Shown here piece after piece: positions 54,113 to 63,444 of a stretch of DNA of 64,000 bases (positions within the stretch are counted from its first letter, which is position 1; every line of letters starts with the position of its first letter). Source of the DNA: Camelus dromedarius (lineage: Eukaryota). The stretch spans positions 17,238,001-17,302,000 of the forward strand of contig NC_087437.1 of NCBI RefSeq assembly GCF_036321535.1, read 5' to 3'. The translations under genes were made by a program, and so were the position numbers. The notes beneath the pieces are model-generated. The model had not been told where the DNA came from. It did not search any database and saw only the letters and a program-made list of their open reading frames with translations.

Positions 54113-55984
54113 GAACTCTCTTGGACAATAGACAATGGCCTTCTTAGCCATTTATCATGTGATTGTGCTTCCTTCATCTGTGAACATACAAACTTTCTAA
54201 CTATTCCTAACAGTATAAGGTACAGAGTAAAGCATTTTCTTTCCAAAAATTAATTTAGGCTTTAACCATAGAGTAAAACACAGCCTAAGATGTTCTTTAG
54301 CTTTTATATCTTGCACTATGTCACAAGGATTTCTGTACATATGCTACTCTGTACCATTTCTGCTAGAGAATAGAGGAAAACTACCTCTTGAAGTCTAAAT
54401 GAGGTAAGAAAAAACATAGTAACCTGATGTAGTCAGATCAACTAAGCTTTAGGACAGCAGAGGGAATCAAGTACCTCAAAAGAGACAATCAGGTCAAACA
54501 TATTCATGCTAGACTACGCATAAGACACTTTTTTCTTGCCTCTCTAAGACTGAGGAGACAGTAATAGTGTCTCAAACCTCTACCTGAACCTTTAAACCAA
54601 CTCAACAATTATGAAGAGAAATCTCATCAGAGAGCCTAAAAACAGTACAAGTAATGCTTAATTATTGTTATCTCAATTAGAAAAAAAAGGGACTACCATG
54701 AAAAACTCTTCTGACTCAATGTTTGTAATTTCCTGACACATAAAAAGGATCTATTATTTGGGGGGAACCTGACAAGGAGAAGGGCATGTCCTTTTACCTT
54801 CGCACTTTATGTTTCCAAAGTATCTTGAACCTAACACTCTCCACAACACTTCATGTATTATCCCTGTTTGTTTTGTTGCTCTGGGGTTTTGGTTTTTAAT
54901 CTCTCCCAATAGAACAGAAGTTGTTGAAAGCAAAGCCTATGTATTTAACAACTCTACATACTCTCTGCTAGTCGTGAAGTAGGCACTCACATAAATATTT
55001 GTTGAAAGAATCTTAACTGGATTCCCATCATAGAGATGAGACAACTGAGGCCTCTAGAAACAAAGTGTTCTACCCAAGACTAAATAACTGTTAAATGGTG
55101 GAAAAGAAAAGAAAACCAAATCTCTGCAAAATAAACTTCAAAATGCAGAGGATTTCAACAAGCAGAAATAAGGACTGAGAGAAAAATGCCCTTTTAAGAG
55201 ACTGAGATTCTGGGTTCTGAAAGTAAGCCTAGGTGTAAATCCTGGCTCATTTATTACTTGTGTGGCCTTGGAACAATTAGTCCACAAAATACTGTGCCTT
55301 ATGAATACCAACACTTACCAAATCTTATGGTGCTAACAATAAATGCAATAAGGCATTTGCAATAAATGAAAATACAAACAGGGTGATAAATGTTGGCTGA
55401 AGTTAGAAAGATTTTACACAGACAGGTCCTACTGCTCCATGCTTATCTGCTTTTCTGTTTTTCCTTTCTTTGTGAACTACATCAATAATACAGCATAATA
55501 CGTAAAAATCTAGGTAATAGTCTAAAGAATTATGAAGTGACCACTCCATGTATCTACTATTAAAATCAAGAAATAGAATACTCCAAAAGCTTCTCTACAA
55601 TGTGCTCCTCCCACATCACAAACTTGGGAGTTTGAATCAAATCTAATAAACTTAACTAATTTAATTTACGATTAAATAAGTTTAACCTAAACTGTAAAAC
55701 AGATAGTATCAATATAATAATAATTTCTTTACAGAGTTATTATAAAATGCTTACTGACACACAGTAAACATTCACTATTTCTTTCACACACATTATATAC
55801 CAGAACATAGACATGGTGGGGGCGGGAGAGGATACAAGTATGTAATCAATTTGGTGACAGTATAAAACCCATAGAAAAGTACAGTGCAGAGACAGAGTTG
55901 GATAGCTAGATTGGGGCAACATAAAAAATAGAAGAAAAACCTAAACTAATAACATAGGGGAAATTGAGAAAATTCACTGAGCAG

Positions 55985-56420
55985 TTTTGAAAGACAGTTC
56001 TCCATGGGTCTCTTGCTTTTCTGCACATCTTAAAAACAGAAGCACCAAGTTCCTTTGATTCAATCTTTTCAAGTATATTTGTATAGTGAACAATCTTGGA
56101 AAAGAGTAATAGCATCTCCCTCAGAGAAAATGCAAGGCACAGTTATAACCCATTATAACGACATGAGTTCCTCTAAGCTTGGGAGTCCTCTTCTCTAACA
56201 CACCCACTGCATGTGCAAAAGTGTCACATCTTTACACTAGGGTGAAGTAATGGGGGTTCAAGATCTGATACAAATATTGACACTCTGGCTACTTCTATTG
56301 CTGTTAGGCACTGTTCTTCATCTCTGACCGAGGAGACTCATGACTCTAATTAAACTGTGGCAGGTTACCTTGTCAGCCTGAAAGTAGGGTAAAATCTCGG
56401 AACTTTCACAGTTCTTAACA
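55985..56420 (+). mobile_element. ERVL-class solo LTR (MER-type; subfamily uncertain)
   Basis: TTCTCCATGGGTCTCT...TTTCTGCAC...CTCTGGCTACT.CTATTGCTGT...AAACTGTGGCAGG...AGTAGGGTAAAATCTC...TTCACAGTTCTTAACA. Confidence 0.65.
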
Positions 56421-57860
56421 GGCATTAGCACATAATCAACATTTATTGTAAGTGAGAGATTCCACTTTCATACTGTCAGAAAGAATAAAAAAGCAAAACT
56501 CAAAATAAGTTACCTTCAAGAGGCACATTTCAAATATAAAGAAAAAGAGTTTTAGTAAATGGACAGAAGAAGGTATACTACTGAAACAGTAAACTCAAGA
56601 AAGTTGGAGTGGCTATATTAATTTTTTTAAAAGTAGATTTTAAGATGGAGACTATTACCAGAGTGTCCACAGAGTTATGAAATAAATAAGGCAAAAATTA
56701 ACAGAATTAAGGGAGAAATAGATAATTCCAGTCACAGCTAGATATTTTAACATCCCTCTCAACAACTGATAGAAGTAGACCAAAAAAACCTCGCAAAAAT
56801 AAAAAACCAGTAAAGACATAAACGATTTTAAAAATGCTACCAAAACATCTTAATCTAATTGATATTTACAGAATACACTTGACAACTGCATAGATACATT
56901 TACCAAAACAGACCACATGAACCATAAAACAAGCCTCGTTTTATTGATAAATTTTAAAAGATTAAAGTCATACAGAATATATTCTCTGATCTCAAAATGA
57001 AATTAAATTAGAAGTCAATAACAAGATGTCTAAAATAGTCCCAAATATTTGAAAATTAAACAAAACACTTTTAAGTAATCCATGGGTCAAGGAAGAAATC
57101 ACAAAGCAAGTTAGAAACTATTTCAAACTAAATAATAAAAATATCAAAATTTGTGGGATGCTGCAGAGTGCTTAGAGGAGAATCTGTAACTCTGCATGCT
57201 TTTATTAGAAAACAAGAAATGTCTGAAATCTATGACCACACTTTAAGAAACTAGAAAAAGAAAAACAAAATACATGAGAGAAAGAAAATTATAAAGAACA
57301 GAAGCAAATAAGGGAGAAAAAAAGAACGGAGAAAATTAGCAACGTTATTTTGAAAAAAATATACAAATTGATAAACCAAGAATAAGACTCGTCAAGAAAA
57401 AAAAAAAGAACATATTAATACCACCATAAATTAAGAGATATCACTACAAACCCTACAGACTTTTGAAGGATAACAAAGGAGAACTTAGGTCAACAAATTT
57501 CTTTAAAAATACAACAAAACTGACATAAGATGAAACAAAATCTGAGCATCCCTCTGTCTAGTTAAAAAAAAAAACATGAATTTGAATTTACCAAGTCTTC
57601 CCACTTAAAAAAAAAAAAAAAAAAAAAAGTCCAGACGGTATCACTAATGAATTCTATCAGTCAAGGAAGAATATCAGTATCACACAAAGCCTTTCAGTAA
57701 GCAGGGGGAACATCTAGGCTTATTTTATGAGGCCTTTGTAATCCTAATACTGAAACCTGCCAAAGACATTACAACCAAAGAAAATTACAAAGCAATATCC
57801 TTCACGAAGAAATATCCCCAAATTCTAAAATGGATAATACACTGTGACCAATGAGGTTAT
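56421..57860 (+). mobile_element. Degenerate L1 ORF2 endonuclease-to-RT-start region, with internal A22 at 57607-57628
   Basis: AAGAAAGTTGGAGTGGCTATATTAAT (KKVGVAILI); GATATTTACAGAATAC; CCATGGGTCAAGGAAGAAATCACAA. Confidence 0.85.
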
Positions 57861-57949
57861 CCTAAGTATTAAAATTATATTAACATTAAAACAAATTATT
57901 TTAACATTTTAAAACCACTGATTTTTGAAAGCCAGTGGTAGAATGATGA

Positions 57950-58290
57950 ACACTTTGTTTCTAAATTTTGCCTACTGCAAACAAGGCTACTGAGAACATT
58001 TTTGTTCATGTATCCCAACATACAATAATTTTTCCCATCAGTAATATAAAGACAGAAGAATAACTGCTAGGTTTAAGGTGCATGTATTCTTCAATTTACT
58101 AGATAAAACATTCTTCTGCAAAATGACTATGTCAATTTACACTCATGCCAAAAGCTGGAGTCTAATTTCTCCATATTCTCATCAATGCTTGATACTATCA
58201 TAATTTTTAATACCTGCAATCTGATGTAAGTGAAATAGTTTCTTCTTATGGTTTTACTTTGCACTCTCCCAATAACGAAAGAGATTATAA
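57950..58290 (-). mobile_element. Old L1 ORF2 3' fragment
   Basis: AATTTACACTCATGCCA...TCTCCATATTCTCATCAATGCTTGATACTATC...TGGTTTTACTTTGCA. Confidence 0.6.
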
Positions 58291-58292
58291 TT

Positions 58293-58523
58293 CAGTGCTT
58301 TTCCAACTGTGGGTTGCTGCAAGTCATGATATCACATAGGTGAGTTGCAACCAGTATTCTTAATCTTAAAAAATATAATAAAGTAAAAATATCAGCAAGT
58401 ACTACATAAAGATTAAATGTTACTTCTTGAAACTTTTATTTCCACTGTGTGCGTGTTTGTACTGGGTCACAATATAAAATGTTTTTGTAACTGTGAGCTT
58501 CTAGCAAGTTAAAAGCCATCACT
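58293..58523 (+). mobile_element. hAT-Charlie remnant (Charlie4z-like; subfamily uncertain)
   Basis: CAGTGCTTTTCCAACTGTGGGT...TGAAACTTTT...GTACTGGGTCACAATATAAAATG. Confidence 0.55.
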
Positions 58524-58624
58524 ACAACTGTTTAATCAAAGCAAAACTACTTAGAGACATTTGGCAAAACTAACTGGTACATCATTTAGGCCCACAACAC
58601 AAAGGAATGTAAAGTAGGATTTGT

Positions 58625-58743
58625 AGAGGAGGGTACAGCTCAATGGTAGAGTGCATGCCTAGCATGCACAAAGTCCTTGGTTCAAACCCCAGTACCTCTA
58701 TTAAAAATAAATAAATAAAAACCTAATTACCCCCCCCAAAAGG
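58625..58743 (+). mobile_element. tRNA-Ala-derived SINE (camelid vic-1-like)
   Basis: GAGGGTACAGCTCAATGGTAGAGTGCATGCCTAGCATGCAC...GGTTCAAACCCCAGTACC, with a degenerate TSD AAAGTAGGATTTG (58611-58623) / AAGGTAGGACTTG (58744-58756). Confidence 0.85.
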
Positions 58744-59270
58744 AAGGTAGGACTTGAGCTTTCCTTCAAACACTAACTGGCAAGAACACAGAACTAGAAA
58801 AGGATGAAGAAATCTGATAGAAGCAATAAGGGATGAATTAGTGTATAGAGAAAAGATTCTGTAAACCAACTGGTCTAACTATGACCTACTCAAAGCTCAC
58901 TTAAAAAGAATCACATTTCTCAATAAAACAAGGTTTCTCTCATCACTGAAAGATAGGAAACTGGGATGCTACCCCCCTGACTATCAAAATGACAAAAAGT
59001 TGATCCCTCCTTCTCTGTAGACACACCTTAATTAGCCCTATCCCACCTTAAGAATCATCTTTCTTGGGCTTATGCAAGAGCATCCTCTTAAGTCTCTGCT
59101 TTATACTTTTCCTACAGAGTGTCACAGTAGCAAGAACCATCTAAATTCTAGAGATTCATATTTTAATTAGGCTAATAGTTACTAAGCCCTTACTATATCA
59201 CCTATTAAGAAATGAAGCTGTATCTTCCAAACAATTTTACTTCCTGCTTATATTCTTTTTTTAAATCTTG

Positions 59271-59408
59271 GTTGTTGGGTTTTGTTTTTGTTTTGGAGGG
59301 GAGGTAATAAGATTTATTTGTTTATTTGATGGAGGTACTGGGGATTGAACCCAGGACCTCATGTATGCTAAGCATGCGCTCTACCACTTGAGCTATGCCC
59401 TCCCCCAC
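59271..59408 (-). mobile_element. tRNA-Ala-derived SINE (camelid vic-1-like)
   Basis: Reverse complement GGGGGAGGGCATAGCTCAAGTGGTAGAGCGCATGCTTAGCATACATGAGGTCCTGGGTTCAATCCCCAGTACCTCC plus an A-rich tail. TSD TAAATCTTG at 59262-59270 and 59409-59417. Confidence 0.9.
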
Positions 59409-60015
59409 TAAATCTTGTTATTCTTAACTAAAACTGTCCTAATCACCTCCCCTCAAAAATATTTTGCTTTGGAAGGTTAAATCTCCTATATATCATGACC
59501 AAATTTCTGCTACCCTCTCTGTCCACCAATAATACCCCTACTCTATTTTAAATAACTATTCTTTTTCATAAGAATTCCCTCCTCAAAAGTTGCTGAACCA
59601 ATCACACCACAGCAACTGTCTGGTGCAATAAGCTAATGAATCTACCTGCCACTTAAACAGGCGTGTGATCTTAAACATTTAAATTCCTTAACTCCCCGGA
59701 GAGTCAATCTCATCTCTAAAATGAGCAAAACAACAGGTATCAAACAATGAAAATTACATAATCTCTACTGTCTTTCTTCTTTTTACTTAAATTTTATTTT
59801 TACTTTTTATTTTTAATTTCCTCTAAACACAATAAAATGTTTTTATAGATGGAGGCACTTCAACTGAGGTACAAGGAAATATGAAAAGGAAAAAGTGTGA
59901 AGAAAAGACAAAACAAGTATGAGTAAACTTACCAAGTGGGGTTAGTGCTCTGCCTGTGCACTCTCCTTGTACATTCAAATTCTAAAACAGCAAATGTAAA
60001 GATACTTTGTTCCCC

Positions 60016-60807
60016 ATGGCAGGCTAAATTTTAACCCTCAATGACCTACACCATCATATATTCCCCTTTCCTTGAGTGTGGGAAAGACCTCTAAGTATAA
60101 TGGGATATCACTCCTGTGATTTTTATATAACAAATAGAATTTACATAGGTATTTAAGGTCCCTAATCAGCTGAGTTCACCAAAAAGGAAACCATCCTGAA
60201 TGGGTCTGACCTTATCAGATCAGCTTTATAAAGGGATCTTAAAAGGAAGTCCAGAGGTCAGAGACAGAGGAAACCAGAGCAACTGACTCCTGCTTCCCTG
60301 GATGAAAGCAAGAAGCCATGATGTGGACACATGGTATACAACTGAGAAAGGTCCCTGGCCAACAGCTAGCAAGAAGATGGCAACTTCAGTCATACAGCCA
60401 CAAGGAAATTCTGCCAACAAGTAATCAGCATGAAAAAAGACCCTGGCCTCAGATGAGAATTGCAGCCACAGCTAATATCTTGATTTTAGCCTGGTAAAAT
60501 GCTGAACAAACAGCTCAGCTATGAAGTACTTAGATTTCTGACCTATAGAAACTGTGAATAGAGGAAGTATTCACCAATTTTCAGTCCTCTACCACTTTTT
60601 CCTTTACCTGGAGTTTGTTGAATATAACCAATAGCATTTTTATTCCCTTTACTTCAAGGTAAGATCTATGCCTAGCATTGTATCTATCAGGTACTTAATA
60701 TGAATATTTGCTGAGTTTAAAAAAAGAAAAACTATGAGGTAGTAAATAGGTGTTGTTTAAGCTACTAAATTTGTGGTACTTCACTATACATCAAAAGAAA
60801 ACTAACA
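60016..60807 (+). mobile_element. MLT1E/F-like MaLR solo LTR, interrupted at 60558-~60728 by an insertion
   Basis: AAGGTCCCTAATCAG...CTTCAGTCATACAGCCACAAGGAAATTCTGCCAACAA...GACCTATAGAAACTGTGA | resumes GTAAATAGGTGTTGTTTAAGCTACTAAATTTGTGGTA...GAAAACTAACA. Confidence 0.85.
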
Positions 60808-62895
60808 TTCTTTCAATACAGGACAAAGCAGACAAGGGAAAAAAGGAGGAAGAGAAATCTTTTCTTCTAGATGCATTACATCTCCTCATAGCACTGATTA
60901 TGAAGATATGCAGATCCAGAATCAAGGAAAAAAGATTAAAACTGTATAAACTTGCATACATTTTTAAAGTTTTAATAATTAAGAAGGGCTTTTTGACACA
61001 AATCTTATTATACAACTATCATATAATTTATTACCTTCATTTCAGTGATGAGCAAAGTAAGGTTGGAAGAGTGACATCCCAAAGATCACAAATCTAGGGA
61101 ATGTTTAAGGGAACTTCAGTCCAAGGCTCTCTCTCCCCCATACCACAGCCCCCTTAAGGCTTTAAAAGAGCCATTCAAATCAACAGTACTTGTATTACTG
61201 TCTTGAAAGGAAGCAATCCTAGTAGCATAAGCATTTTTCATATTTCATATTTATATAAATACTCCCTCAAGAGCTTTGTCAGGACATCAAAACTGAAGTA
61301 GATACTGAGAAATTTCCAATCAAAAGTAGTTTGGTTGTAAAACTGACCACTGGTAGACCATTTGAATAAATATAATGTACATTTTAAAATGTAAACAAAA
61401 TTTTACAAAACACTTGTCGGTTTTCTGGAACTTTATTTAGATGGCAGACATTTGTGTTACAACTATTCTCAAAGATCAAAAACAAGTAAACAATCTTTCC
61501 GAATCTTTCACTGTTTCCCCTCTTGGGCAAATTTTTTTAGTTGGAATTCTTCGTACATTATAAATAGGAGAACATGGAACAATATATAATACAGTACACA
61601 AGTTGTTTTTATTTTCACTGTTGTGTATATTTCCCTAAGTGCTTCACCATCAGAATTTGCAATCTTCTTTACAAAAAAAACGCACAGAAACTAAAAGGTG
61701 GAGTTAAATAACACATTAAGTTACAAATCACACAACTTTCTTTATGTGAATTCAAATACTTTCACAAACACTGTTAAGAGATGCAAAATAAAGTCCTTCC
61801 CAGTCACAACCACAGGAAGGAATAAACTATTTTCATCATCCTAACATCAACTTTAACAGCAAATATTCACTATCGTTACATACAAACAGCACTGTTTTCA
61901 GTCTATAAGCGTCCAAAACCAACCCATGATTTATACGCCCGGGACACGATTCTCTGCAATGTGAAGAGAATCGGTAACATTTCAAATGTGGATAGAAGGG
62001 GTGACATGACAATCCTAAGACCTGAAAATTTCTTAGTCCCTACAGCACACAAGATGCACCCAGTTCGGACTCTCCAATCAAGGCCCAGGTCCAACTCCAG
62101 GCACTCCAGTTTCCCAGCTCTTCACCCGCCCCCACCCCGAGAAAGGAGGGAAAACAACTTTTATTGGCCTCGTCTCCCGGGGGATTGACAAACTAGCGGG
62201 GCAGTGCTCCGGCCTGGACACGTTTCACAAGGAGGCCTCCGTCGGGGGCGGGGAGGGCAGATAGCGGGAAAGCCCAGCTTCGACGTCCCCTCTGCCCCCA
62301 GGAGCCAGCCCCCTGCTCCACCCCAACGAGAAGAGGCCTGGGCCGGCCGCCACGCCGAGCGACCCCCAGGCCCCTCCGCCGAAGCGAGCTCGTTGTCATG
62401 TGACGACTCTGCCGCTAAAACACCGCAGAAACGCAGGGCGGCGGGCGGCATTCTCACCAGCCCGCCTCGGCAGGGCCCCGCCGGGCGCGGGCGAGTCCCG
62501 AGAGTCCGGGCGGGGGGGCGGAGGGCGGGCTTGGCGGCGGGCCCGAGCGCGCCACAAAGGCTTCCGCGCCCGTCGCCGTAGTGCCCGAGCGGGCGGGGGC
62601 ACAATTTTCGGGGCCCGCGGGAGGGGTAGGGAGCGACGAGGGCTCCGGGGTGCTCACCGCGCCCACAGCCATCCCCCACGGCGCCCGGACGGCGGGAGAC
62701 CGCCGCGCCCCGCAAAGGCCCGCGCGGCCTCCCTCCCCCGCGCGGGGCCCGCGTCCGGCCCGCCCGCTCCCCGCTCGCGCTCTCTCGCTCTCTCCCAGCC
62801 TCCATCTTGGATCGGCGCTTCCAGCCCCCGCGCCGCGGCCGCCGCATTCCCCCTCTTTCCCGCCCCCCGCCGCCGTCGCCGCCGCCCGCACTCAC

Positions 62896-63110
62896 CTCAG
62901 CTGCCCATCCGGGCGCCGCCGGCCGTCGACCTAGTTTCCCCCCAAAAGTCTCCGGTGTGTTATTCCCGATGTGGGGGGGTTGTTACGGGGTGGTCGCCGG
63001 GGGTTCGGGAGCGGGGGCCGCGCCTTCAACGGAGCTGCAATCCTAACCCGCCATCTGGTGGCATTTTCCACACGCCAATGGCGCCGCTGCAGACTTGGGT
63101 CCCGACCGCC
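62896..63110 (-). other. STAG1: Non-coding first exon (5' UTR), probably of cohesin subunit SA-1; 5' boundary/TSS approximate
   Basis: The minus strand reads ...GGAGACTTTTGGGGGGAAACTAGGTCGACGGCCGGCGGCGCCCGGATGGGCAGCTGAG|GTGAGT, a consensus 5' splice site inside the CpG island. I recognise it from memory as resembling the STAG1 mRNA leader; STAG1 has a non-coding exon 1 and a very long intron 1. Not database-verified. Confidence 0.65.
63048..63062 (-). promoter_or_regulatory. CTCF core motif, overlapping a YY1-like AGATGGCGG
   Basis: Minus strand GCCACCAGATGGCGG matches the CTCF core consensus CCASYAGRKGGCRS. Confidence 0.65.
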
Positions 63111-63233
63111 CTCTGCTGGCCGCGGCGCTTACTACCTCGCTGACGGACGGGCCTGCCCGGAAAGGGGAGGGAGCTGAGGCGCGAGCTGGGGGCCGTGGCG
63201 GGGACGCGCGCAAACGCTTTCCTGTGGGGATTG

Positions 63234-63245
63234 CGCGCACGCGCA
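63234..63245 (+). promoter_or_regulatory. NRF1 motif
   Basis: CGCGCACGCGCA matches YGCGCAYGCGCR. Confidence 0.55.
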
Positions 63246-63250
63246 CCAGC

Positions 63251-63261
63251 GGGGCGGGAAA
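63251..63261 (-). promoter_or_regulatory. E2F site overlapping a GC box
   Basis: Plus strand GGGGCGGGAAA is TTTCCCGCC on the minus strand. A second TTTCCCGCC lies at 62856-62864 on +. Confidence 0.5.
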
Positions 63262-63312
63262 CGTGGCCGCTGCGTGGCGGCCCGGCCCCAGCACGGAGCG
63301 CTGGCCCGGCTC

Positions 63313-63321
63313 AGCCAATCG
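63313..63321 (+). promoter_or_regulatory. NF-Y CCAAT box
   Basis: AGCCAATCG matches RRCCAATSR. Further CCAAT/ATTGG cores at 63075, 63786 and 63854. Confidence 0.55.
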
Positions 63322-63433
63322 CGAGCGCCGCATACCTCTTGGTGAGGGCGCTGTGGACGGTTCGTGGACCGTCTGAGGCGGGCGGAAGGATGGCAACGGT
63401 GGCGCCTGCGCGCCCGGCTAGTCGAGTTACCGC

Positions 63434-63444
63434 CCGCCATTTTT
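63434..63444 (-). promoter_or_regulatory. YY1 motif
   Basis: Plus strand CCGCCATTTTT, i.e. AAAAATGGCGG on the minus strand. Confidence 0.55.

Larger units (their letters stand above)
1..62895 (-). other. STAG1: Intron 1 (partial; continues past the window start)
   Basis: Begins GTGAGT at 62895 on the minus strand. No coding exon was found downstream. The region is repeat-dense, and L1 copies are mostly on + (antisense to the gene). Confidence 0.6.

Noticed and set aside
55647..55684. AT-rich imperfect hairpin TAAACTTAACTAAT...ATTAAATAAGTTTA
   Set aside because: Low complexity, weak pairing and no other support.
59330..59406. tRNA-Ala gene (also at 1985-2058 and 58625-58700)
   Set aside because: The tRNA-like head is followed by a shared AAATAAA...ATTACC SINE body and A-tail, with TSDs at two copies and disrupted stems. 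These are SINEs.
60750..61097. 115-aa plus-strand ORF
   Set aside because: Starts at a GTG inside the MLT1 LTR end, has K/L/I-biased composition typical of AT-rich non-coding DNA, and ends in MIR-like sequence.
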